From: Candidatus Aminicenantes bacterium
GTDB taxonomy: Bacteria > Acidobacteriota > Aminicenantia > Aminicenantales > Aminicenantaceae
Length of the DNA: 64,000 nucleotides
Direction: 5' to 3'
Assembly (NCBI GenBank): GCA_014727835.1
Contig: WJMT01000024.1
Coordinates: 1,309-65,308 of the forward strand
In this document: positions 55,501 to 62,285 of the stretch, one piece after another
Layout: the number at the start of each line of letters is the position of its first letter
Position numbering within the stretch: position 1 is the stretch's first letter
Translations under genes and position numbers: made by a program
Notes under the pieces: model-generated
The model's input: only the letters and a program-made list of their open reading frames with translations
What the model was told of the DNA's origin: nothing
Databases searched by the model: none

Positions 55501-55613
55501 TTATTGACTACAGGGATCCGGACAATCCCACATTTGAGAGATACGGCGATTATGTGGACTTTGGAGGTTTTGATAACCGACTGTTTAAGGTCGGGCTGCG
55601 AATTCATTTTTAA
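52572..55613 (+). CDS. TonB-dependent-receptor-like outer membrane barrel with N-terminal carboxypeptidase-regulatory-like domain
   Basis: Signal peptide. CarboxypepD_reg-like ISGVVKDTDNNPLSKATVILEG...GSFHFANLPPG. Plug-like LNSIPGS...VSGGS..QNRFVLDGV..ND...GEIEF..AGHNAETTGADGGYINIVSKSG. A long beta-rich barrel ends in the C-terminal aromatic ...KVGLRIHF. Confidence 0.8.
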   Translation: MKLRKQITRLFVILVIFANMTLFLMSQHSTTCSISGVVKDTDNNPLSKATVILEGAPMLGLVVYVTKENGSFHFANLPPGQGYSLHAEKPEFQTKKFTGIHIAIGQDINIPVVLSRDPQMSFEVIQDQSPALDAKQTETTVRYSQELIQSLPLHRDLFEVLNSIPGSVPENPRIRRAASVSGGSVRQNRFVLDGVVLNDPLDSYPATNVNVDTYGEIEFGVAGHNAETTGADGGYINIVSKSGGNQFKGSLLTEYYDKAMQSTLLSPEDLNLLGLKKPTEFNSWNDLSFSVGGPVAKDVLSLFVNARYTNRVQNFYHADWSSTLDAGKQVFVLDLAPHREYNVFGKITSFLPLDIRASITYNLTAIKEEFNIDRIQKNLDQTATNKREGELAHLLSIQASYALTPDLFLNGRVTYLFRKFSLPYSDLSLAEEPRNYDRYFNMYRNNPEFQQKSVTQKLNPAVKATYFNDNFLGVKNMFKFGLEYEWNLWRWDFWRENPYYFDYYRGDLYSYPTEMQPNRGRIYAYSIGSFEGSSILENETHRIGGFVKESLTIADRLTLNLGARIDYSNSRFPVHYRVQSADPYGLFDVLPGVDLQYGAYNPGSRDVMKWFDISPRLGLVLDVFGDGETILSGTYSQYHESIAFRYFNRVSPIYPQLSSWYWIDEDLDQEPDADDTYTQIDLAENPDEVDISTRLDPDAKSPITDEFTVGLEQEINTNLTVGATFVYKHKKNIFGNVNDYGLGAEEAWKGYSTDSPYWETFEFTDPGEDGVFGTGDDQSSYCYVELIESPGGRNWYYTNIESAFRKYTALELVLNKRMSNKWQLLASLVWSKAWGNIGSWDMTTSASSVYFNTPNSLVYADGRLDFDRPLNVKIQGSVQLPYGFDLGCYYNYRSGIPWNRMVTVCVPEDDRYLDPGACYTVATEKRGTRRTPALSTLDLRLQKNFWLSDALSVDAYLDVLNVLGGTSYFISTHPGGFIDYRDPDNPTFERYGDYVDFGGFDNRLFKVGLRIHF

Positions 55614-55636
55614 CGCCTCCTCTTCAGAATTGATTC

Positions 55637-56632
55637 TTACAGTTTGATTTTGAGGATTTTTGTGGTCTTATTCCCTGAGGTTTGGTTTGTAAGGGTGGCA
55701 AAAACCCGGTTTTCTCCCTCTCTGAAAAGGCGGATGTTATCCTTTTGCAGGATTGAAAAAGGGATTTCTATCCTATGGTTTCTGTTTTTGTTTTTGAGCA
55801 GAGATTCTTCATCAGTCTTGATCCGGAAAGGATGCTCGTATTTCCACAGACACTGGTCATTGGATGCTATGATTTCCACCTTCACATGGATAATGGTCCG
55901 CAGCGTGTTTTGGTCTTCTTGAAACCATAAATGGGCATAAGGAATGTGGACTTCAATGATTCCCTTGATCTCACTTGGCTGAAATATGAGGTCTTTGATC
56001 TTCCAGTTGAAATCCAAAAAAACATTTTCATCTTTCCGCACTCGGGATATTTGGGATGAAGAAAGAGACAATTCCTTTTTGTGTTTGATATTGAGATGCC
56101 GGATAGAAGTGAGGTCAAAAGTGATCAATTTGAACTGGCCGATACAAAAATCATCTTCAAACACAACCGGAAAATTTCTGTAATACCAGATCTCCCTGCA
56201 TCTTTGGCTCATAGTGGAGTGGGAGCGAGTGAGCCTTTGAGACGGAGCGCCGTAAAGAATATAAATGCGTCCCCGGTCTGTGGCCCAGCCGGGTCGTCCC
56301 TCCCCGACAAACAGTTCATTGGCCCTGTAAATCCGGCTGAAATAGGTTTGTTTGAATTCGTTTTCATCTGTTTTAGGATTGGGATCGCGTTTTTTCCAGA
56401 AGTCCTGTTGAAAAGCTTTTCTTTCAGAATCAGGAAGATTCAGGAACACTTTTCGCTCTCTAGGAGTGATGATGTATCGGACTTTGTTGATGAATTCAGC
56501 ATCCTCCGGATTCAGTTCTTTTTCCAGCTGATAGTAATGACAGGAGAAGCAGGAAAAAACAAAAAACCAGAAAAGAACAGCTTGCATCATTTCAAATGCC
56601 GGAGCACGTTTTTCTTTCATCTTGGGCATCAA
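55637..56632 (-). CDS. GWxTD domain-containing protein (331 aa)
   Basis: Signal/TM segment, then FW.KRDPNPKTDENEFK..YF.RI..AN..F.....GWATDRGRIYILYGAP, the GWxTD signature. 4-nt overlap with the upstream paralogue. Confidence 0.8.
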   Translation of the reverse strand: MMPKMKEKRAPAFEMMQAVLFWFFVFSCFSCHYYQLEKELNPEDAEFINKVRYIITPRERKVFLNLPDSERKAFQQDFWKKRDPNPKTDENEFKQTYFSRIYRANELFVGEGRPGWATDRGRIYILYGAPSQRLTRSHSTMSQRCREIWYYRNFPVVFEDDFCIGQFKLITFDLTSIRHLNIKHKKELSLSSSQISRVRKDENVFLDFNWKIKDLIFQPSEIKGIIEVHIPYAHLWFQEDQNTLRTIIHVKVEIIASNDQCLWKYEHPFRIKTDEESLLKNKNRNHRIEIPFSILQKDNIRLFREGENRVFATLTNQTSGNKTTKILKIKL

Positions 56633-58386
56633 GTCTTTTTATCTTTCAGAGACCTGACTTTTTTCCTGAGTTCAGGCTGGTCAGGGTTGATCTTTAATGC
56701 TTTTTCCCAAAAATTCAAAGCTTTTTGCACATGTCCTGAGTTGACGTGCTGGGAACCGAGAACCTTTAAAAATCCGGGATCATCTGCTTCTGAAAGGCGG
56801 AGTGTGTAAAGCCAGGCTCTGGAAATCGTCTCAGAAGATCTGATGTCAAATATTTCGTTTGAAGAGACCACTTCAGTGCTGTTTTTAAAAAGGCGCACTC
56901 GAACACTGTAGTGAGCCGGAGGGAATTCAATGAGAGAAATGCGTTCCATCACACTGGGTTTCTCCGGATATTCAGATAAGTTTTTGGTGAATTCGCGGTA
57001 CAGTTCCCCATTTTTTAAGAAAGTGTATCTCATTTTATAAAAGCTGTCATCCCTATTATCCAATCCATGCAGTTGATAGGCCAGTATCAGCGTGTCCTGT
57101 TGGGTGAAGACCCGGTTTAGAGGAAAGTAAAGCTGATAGTCCCGGATCTGAAAGGGCCTGAGCAATTGGTTTGTGTCTTCTGTTTTTTTCACTCCATAAG
57201 ACAGCAGAGGAGAGGTCATGTGTACGGGATTTTCAGGGCCCGGGATCCATACAGTCCTTTCCAAAGATGTGAACTCTTTGGAGGTTTGATTCTTTATCAG
57301 AATGGACAGTTTGAACTTACCGGGAATGATGGGAAACATGTGAATGATATTGAACGGCCTGTTTTTGATCTGGTTGATTTGGTCTTCTGTGAATTCCAGG
57401 GGAATGGTTTCTTCAAACTGATAGATGGGTCTGTCCTGCATATCTAAGACTCTGCCGTAGAGTTCCAGGCTGGTGTAGTATTTGTCCCGGTAATTTTCAA
57501 TGGAAAGCCTTTCCGGCTCCAGGGCATACTGGATAAAGTTGACTCCATTGGCATCCTTTTTTGTTTTCACCAGGGAGACATTCAAAATATAATTAGTGGA
57601 GTACTCCACTTCCACTGTATCTTTGTACTCCAGAAATTTTCGCGCATAGATGTCTTGGACCCTGTTCAAGGGAACAGTCTCGATTTTATTTAAAATATAT
57701 TCTGAGGACAGACTGGGCCTGGTATATGAACTCGGTCTTTCACCGGGAATCAAGGACAGGCTGGCATCAGCAAGAGAAGGTTCAATCCGCTTCAGTTTCT
57801 CATAAGCAGCGAGATGATCTGCGGGGTCTTCTTCAAATGAGGACAGCAAGCCCTGTGGGCCGTTGCTCAAAGGGCTGTAAAGCTTGTATTCGCCCTGTCC
57901 CTTATCCTGAAAGAAGAGAAGCTGAAACGCGGGAGGAAGACCTTTGTCTTCCATTCCTTGGTAGAACCAGACTTCAGTGGGATAGATTTCTGTTTTGGTC
58001 TCAAATATTTGGATGTCGTCAGGTTTCCCTAATAGGATGTGCACTCGGCCCCGGTCTGTCCTCCATCCGGGTTGGGGTGCCTCTCTTCCAAAATTTTGAT
58101 CAACATACTCCATGCGGCGAAAGTGTTCCTGTTTGTATTCGTTTTCTTTTGTATGGGGATTGGGGTCCCGCTGTTTCCAGAATGCTTCCATAAACAGATC
58201 GCGTTCGCGGTCAGTTCCCAGTTTGAGAAAAACCTCTTTTTCCACCGGGGATATGATGTAAATCACATCCTTCTCCAGCCAGGTCTTGTAAGGTTCGGCA
58301 AGGTCTTTGATCCCAGATGTCCCCTGTGAGATCAAGCCTAAAAGCAGGGAAAACAGAATGGAAAGCAATCCGTATCGTTTGATCAA
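56629..58386 (-). CDS. GWxTD domain-containing protein (about 585 aa) with a C-terminal TPR-like segment
   Basis: FWKQRDPNPHTKENEYKQEHFRRMEYVDQNF......GWRTDRGRVHILLGKPD. The longest ORF begins with TTG at 58404, but AAGGAG sits inside it, 7 nt before the TTG at 58386, which opens a clean signal peptide (IKRYGLLSILFSLLLGLIS). Confidence 0.8.
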   Translation of the reverse strand: MIKRYGLLSILFSLLLGLISQGTSGIKDLAEPYKTWLEKDVIYIISPVEKEVFLKLGTDRERDLFMEAFWKQRDPNPHTKENEYKQEHFRRMEYVDQNFGREAPQPGWRTDRGRVHILLGKPDDIQIFETKTEIYPTEVWFYQGMEDKGLPPAFQLLFFQDKGQGEYKLYSPLSNGPQGLLSSFEEDPADHLAAYEKLKRIEPSLADASLSLIPGERPSSYTRPSLSSEYILNKIETVPLNRVQDIYARKFLEYKDTVEVEYSTNYILNVSLVKTKKDANGVNFIQYALEPERLSIENYRDKYYTSLELYGRVLDMQDRPIYQFEETIPLEFTEDQINQIKNRPFNIIHMFPIIPGKFKLSILIKNQTSKEFTSLERTVWIPGPENPVHMTSPLLSYGVKKTEDTNQLLRPFQIRDYQLYFPLNRVFTQQDTLILAYQLHGLDNRDDSFYKMRYTFLKNGELYREFTKNLSEYPEKPSVMERISLIEFPPAHYSVRVRLFKNSTEVVSSNEIFDIRSSETISRAWLYTLRLSEADDPGFLKVLGSQHVNSGHVQKALNFWEKALKINPDQPELRKKVRSLKDKKT

Positions 58387-58451
58387 CAAAAATCTCCTTT
58401 GCAATTGACTATCATATTTAACTTCATTATTGTGAAATCGTTACATTGGAT

Positions 58452-58479
58452 ATTATATCTTAATAATAAAAAGAGTAAA
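58452..58479 (-). promoter_or_regulatory. Candidate sigma70 promoter of the GWxTD gene pair
   Basis: Minus-strand reading: TTTACT (58479-58474), 16-nt spacer, TATAAT (58457-58452). Confidence 0.4.
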
Positions 58480-58525
58480 CTTTGGTTAAATTGGATTTAG
58501 CTTTGCTTGAATCAACCTGACTCAT

Positions 58526-59893
58526 TCACAAATTGCGGTCAATCATATCTTTCAAAGTGTCAAATTCTTGGGCTGAAATGTCTCCCCAGTGATAGGGAGC
58601 TGCCAGTTTGTTGTGAAGCAGAGGGTCATGGTCTTGGGTCAGTTTTTGCTCTGAAATCAGTTTTTTCCAATCTTCAGTATGCGGAACAGGAGAAAAGTAA
58701 GCCAGCCGGGGCCTCAATCCCAGGTTAAGGACCTGTTGGATGCTGTGTTTGACACTTGAGAAGGTCTGGCCGGGAATCCCGGTCATCAGATACACATTGA
58801 GATCTTTTCTAGAATAACCGGCCCTCTCCAGATTATCCGCTGCTCTCTCCAAGTCTCCTGGGCTGATTTTGGGGCAGGAGCTGTTGATGATGTCCGGGTC
58901 AAAGGTCTCCTGACTGAGAAAAAGGGAGGTGAACCGGGCTCTGTAGAACAAATCTGCGGTTTTTGAGTCGATATCCCGGATATGAAGCCCGTTAGGAGTG
59001 TGAAAAGCAGCGGGAATGTCTTCTTGAATGATGTGTTCCAGTATGGGATGAATGTGCTTTGTTTTATTGCTTAAAAGCGCATCATCGTAAAAAGCGATGT
59101 TGTGTGTACGGTGGGTGCGGGTTGTGTGGATGATTTCTTGGATCACAGCTTGGGGATCGCGCTGAATGAACCGGGGATAAAGAACAGGACCTGCGCAAAA
59201 GGAGCAGCTGAACGGGCATCCGCGGGAAGTGATGACCGGAAGAGAGTCTGTATTTCGCAGCAGATGAAAGCAAGGAAAGGGAAGGTCGTCTAAGGATTCT
59301 AACCTGGATGAGGTGTCAAACCGGTCTCCCAGAATGTCATTCAGCAGGGGAAGGATTTTTGTCTCGCCGGGTCCCTGGATGATGACATCAGCTCCGGATT
59401 CGCTTGCGGCATGTTCGGGAAGGAGAGAGGGATAAATCCCGCCCAGGACCACCGGCACATCCCCCAGTCTGCTCTTCACCATTTCCACCACTTTCTGCAC
59501 GCCGGGATACCAGTAGGTCATGGTGCATGTGACAAGCACCAGGTCTGCTTTTTGGATTTGATCCAGTTCATAAGAGAAAAGCTTAAGAGGAATTCCATAC
59601 CTGGAGTATTTACGGGGGACTTTTTGCAGCACGTCCGGTTTTTTGACTTCTTCTTTGGGAAAAGGCCCTCTGCCGTCCTGTTTGGTCTTAGCTGATTTGT
59701 TCAATCCGGGATGATTTCGGTCCAGACAGTCTATAAATTCGATTTGGGCTGAGGAGTGTTTTTCAATAACCGAAGCCATGTAGAGCAGGCCTAAAGGTTT
59801 CATCCAGAAGTCATAAGCGGTGAAGTCATAGACCCAGGGATTGATGAGCAGGATTTTATAGGGGGAAGATGATTTCAATGCGGGAGATTTCAA
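58526..59893 (-). CDS. B12-binding-domain radical SAM protein
   Basis: N-terminal Rossmann-like KILLINPWVYDF...LVTCTMTYWYPG. Radical SAM cluster motif RGCPFSCSFC (CxxxCxxC). The longest ORF (to 59971) runs through the tRNA-Leu gene, so the start must lie at or below 59926. No ATG occurs before aa 57. TTG at 59893 (AAGGA upstream) is tentative, with TTG at 59878 as the alternative. Confidence 0.7.
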   Translation of the reverse strand: MKSPALKSSSPYKILLINPWVYDFTAYDFWMKPLGLLYMASVIEKHSSAQIEFIDCLDRNHPGLNKSAKTKQDGRGPFPKEEVKKPDVLQKVPRKYSRYGIPLKLFSYELDQIQKADLVLVTCTMTYWYPGVQKVVEMVKSRLGDVPVVLGGIYPSLLPEHAASESGADVIIQGPGETKILPLLNDILGDRFDTSSRLESLDDLPFPCFHLLRNTDSLPVITSRGCPFSCSFCAGPVLYPRFIQRDPQAVIQEIIHTTRTHRTHNIAFYDDALLSNKTKHIHPILEHIIQEDIPAAFHTPNGLHIRDIDSKTADLFYRARFTSLFLSQETFDPDIINSSCPKISPGDLERAADNLERAGYSRKDLNVYLMTGIPGQTFSSVKHSIQQVLNLGLRPRLAYFSPVPHTEDWKKLISEQKLTQDHDPLLHNKLAAPYHWGDISAQEFDTLKDMIDRNL

Positions 59894-59926
59894 CAGGCTG
59901 CTTTCCTTGGTGATCGGATGTGACGC

Positions 59927-60015
59927 TGGTGCGGAAGGTGGGACTCGAACCCACACGGCCTTTTGGGCCATAAACTCCTGAGGCTTACGCGTCTACCAAA
60001 TTCCGCCACTTCCGC
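59927..60015 (-). tRNA. tRNA-Leu (anticodon CAG), type II with long variable arm and encoded CCA
   Basis: Reverse complement: GCGGAAG-UG-GCG-GAAUUUGGUAGA-CGC-G-UAAGC-CUCAGGA-GUUUA-UGGCCCAAAAGGCCGU-GUGGG-UUCGAGU-CCCAC-CUUCCGC-A-CCA. The cloverleaf folds cleanly, with U33 and G37 flanking CAG. Confidence 0.9.
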
Positions 60016-60042
60016 ATGTCATTCAGCTTTGTCAGTCCCATT

Positions 60043-60071
60043 ATTATAATCGCATCCAATCAAACTGTAAA
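60043..60071 (-). promoter_or_regulatory. Candidate sigma70 promoter of tRNA-Leu
   Basis: Minus-strand reading: TTTACA (60071-60066), 17-nt spacer, TATAAT (60048-60043), about 27 nt upstream of the mature tRNA 5' end. Confidence 0.5.
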
Positions 60072-60265
60072 GCCTGTGTCACCTGTCTTGTTCACTTGTC
60101 CCCATTTTCTGACACAGTGAGATCATCCGAATCCAGTTGATGCCTGGATCCGATTGGCATGTTTTTTGCCTATATGTTATATAAAACACAGATTATCAAT
60201 AAAGCAGAGTCACTCACCGCAGCAGCTATATCGCGAATTAGGAAAAAGACACCCAAAGCGCTATA

Positions 60266-60856
60266 ATGAAACATACAGTGATCAGACGATCCAGAGTCTT
60301 CATCCTGCTTTTCGGATTATTTATGGGATTAAATCCCTTAAATGCATTCGCACGCATTTCAGGGGATAAAATTCACCGGGATTTAGCTCTCGGATATGAC
60401 TTTTCCCAAACCCTGACAGTGAAATATTTTTTTAGTAAGCAGTTTGGACTGTGGGGGGGAGTGAAGGTTCCCCTGTCCAGGCATGAAGGAAACAAAAAGG
60501 ATTTCACACAACAATACGCTGACGAATTCATGAATAATGAATTTCTGGGCTTCAGTCGGGAATATTTCTACGGTCTGGGCGGAGGTGTCACCCTTTCTTT
60601 GTTCCGACAGCTCACTGTGGCCTATATTGGGATAGGGGGCATTCAGTCCATAAAATACAGGCAGTACTTGATCGAGTATTACAGAGATCATGCTTTTGAG
60701 TGGAGCCAGCAGTATTACATTGAAGACGGTAAAATTTCAGAGGTTTCCTTAGATGTCATGGGCGGGTTTTATTTCCGGTTTCAAAAAATTCTGCTTGGAG
60801 TGGGATACAGCTCCGGTACATCCAATTGGGTCCTTCATGCCGGAGCCTCTTTTTGA
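60266..60856 (+). CDS. Small secreted protein, possibly an outer-membrane beta-barrel
   Basis: Signal peptide RVFILLFGLFMGLNPLNAFA. Alternating hydrophobic beta-strand-like segments rich in G/Y, with C-terminal ...VLHAGASF ending in Phe as in many OMPs. No family recognised. Confidence 0.5.
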   Translation: MKHTVIRRSRVFILLFGLFMGLNPLNAFARISGDKIHRDLALGYDFSQTLTVKYFFSKQFGLWGGVKVPLSRHEGNKKDFTQQYADEFMNNEFLGFSREYFYGLGGGVTLSLFRQLTVAYIGIGGIQSIKYRQYLIEYYRDHAFEWSQQYYIEDGKISEVSLDVMGGFYFRFQKILLGVGYSSGTSNWVLHAGASF

Positions 60857-60935
60857 CACATTGACAAAATCTTTTGATTTTTAAACCCCAAGGCATTAGG
60901 ATAAGAAAAAACCATAAAGGAAATTCTCTGGCATC

Positions 60936-62264
60936 ATGTTTTGGTGGCGACAGTGGCTGCACAGACTCCGGTTTTTATTCAAGAGGTGGTCTGCGGAAAA
61001 AGACCGGGAATTCCACGATCAAGTATTCCATTCCTCAGTCTCACAGCCTTTTCGATTCAGCTACACAGGGTACATCACCATCCGCCGGTTCGCAGACCTG
61101 GCTTCCCCCACTGTCCAAAAAAGCCGGAATGTTCTGGATATAGGATGCGGGACAGGGGAGATCACCTGTGAGCTGGCCTCTCGATTTCCCGATGTTTCTT
61201 TCACTGGAGTGGACCACTCCTCCTCAGGCATTGAGAAAGCCCGCAGCCACGCCCGTTCTCTGAAGCTGGACAACATCATTTTTCAGGAGGGAAGTGCTGA
61301 GACCTTCACTCCTTCCCGGGAAGTGGACCTGGTGATGATGCTGGATGCCTTTCATCATCTGGAATATCCCCGACGCTTTGTCAAACGCATGGGAGAGCAC
61401 TCCTCTCATTTCTTATTGATCGAACCAAGGGGGGACTGGAAAGGAAGCTGGGACAAGACCCTGGATCTGGACTGGATGATACTGGAGCTGGATAAGATCC
61501 GGAGCCGGATTTCCTATTTGTTACAAGACACAGAACAGCCTCCTGTGAGCAGCCCAAACCAGGATTCCAGTGGAGATCCGGTGGAAAACCGTTACTCTCT
61601 GAAGGACTTTAAAAACATTTTCAAAGGATATGGTCTGGATCTGCGGGGGACGATCTCAGGATTGGATGTGTACCCACCGGAATCCAGTGATACCGGATCA
61701 ATTAGGGAATTGTTCGGAGAATGGGCTTACCAGCTCTATAAAGCCATGGATGACTATCTGTATCAACACGACCAGGACTTCTGGGCCAAACACTGGGTGA
61801 TCACAGCTCAGAAGGGTGTCCCGCACAGGATCCGCAAGCCATCTATGAAGCCCAAAGATATAGATATCAGCGCTTCAAAAATCCAGGGACCTTATCAAGT
61901 GGAATATCTCGCCTATGATAAGGCACACAAAACAGTCTCTGCTTCAGGCGATTTTCAGCTTCAGGTCACAGTCCGGAACACTGGTTTTTTGATTTGGTCT
62001 TCAGATGATCCCAAACGACCGGTGTTTATCAGCTATCACTGGAAGGACCGTTCCGGAAACACAGTGATCTCTGACGGAGAAAGGACCTCTTTTTCAAAAG
62101 GTGTCTCTCCTGGGGAGAAAACTTCTGTAACTCTTTTTGTCAGGGCTCCGGACAAACCGGGCCGTTACATCCTGGCTGTGGATCTGGTGTGTGAGGGTGT
62201 GACCTGGTTTTCACAAACCGGAAGTCCGTGTCTTTCTATACCTATTGGTGTCCAAAAAAGCTAA
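60936..62264 (+). CDS. Class I SAM-dependent methyltransferase with a C-terminal Ig-like (NBR1-like) domain
   Basis: Motif I VLDIGCGTGEIT, then GVDHS and MLDAFHHL. The C-terminal about 110 aa (FQLQVTVRNTGFLIW....ISYHW.D..G......GERT.F...V.PGE...V.L.V.AP..PGRYILAVDLV.EGV.WF) resemble the Ig-like module found on bacterial glycosyl- and methyltransferases. Confidence 0.65.
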   Translation: MFWWRQWLHRLRFLFKRWSAEKDREFHDQVFHSSVSQPFRFSYTGYITIRRFADLASPTVQKSRNVLDIGCGTGEITCELASRFPDVSFTGVDHSSSGIEKARSHARSLKLDNIIFQEGSAETFTPSREVDLVMMLDAFHHLEYPRRFVKRMGEHSSHFLLIEPRGDWKGSWDKTLDLDWMILELDKIRSRISYLLQDTEQPPVSSPNQDSSGDPVENRYSLKDFKNIFKGYGLDLRGTISGLDVYPPESSDTGSIRELFGEWAYQLYKAMDDYLYQHDQDFWAKHWVITAQKGVPHRIRKPSMKPKDIDISASKIQGPYQVEYLAYDKAHKTVSASGDFQLQVTVRNTGFLIWSSDDPKRPVFISYHWKDRSGNTVISDGERTSFSKGVSPGEKTSVTLFVRAPDKPGRYILAVDLVCEGVTWFSQTGSPCLSIPIGVQKS

Positions 62265-62285
62265 AGTCCTTGTGATTTTGTCAAA

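Noticed and set aside
56081-56809. 242-aa plus-strand ORF spanning the junction of the two GWxTD genes
   Set aside because: It is antisense to two genes with clear family signatures, has no RBS and has a non-protein-like composition. It is a shadow ORF.
59894-59971. N-terminal extension of the radical SAM ORF (MAQKAVWVRVPPSAPASHP...)
   Set aside because: These codons are the reverse-strand reading of the tRNA-Leu gene (59927-60015). A tRNA with a perfect cloverleaf takes precedence.
60074-60117. 8-bp inverted repeat CTGTGTCA ... TGACACAG with a 28-nt loop in the 250-nt tRNA-Leu/OMP-like intergenic region
   Set aside because: The stem is short and the loop is long, with no T-run and no flanking promoter logic. 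It could be chance, and the evidence is insufficient to call an sRNA or operator.
60861-60889. TTGACA hexamers (60853-60858 and 60861-60866) upstream of the methyltransferase gene, considered as a promoter
   Set aside because: No acceptable -10 hexamer lies 16-18 nt downstream of either copy (the best is TAAACC at 15 nt).
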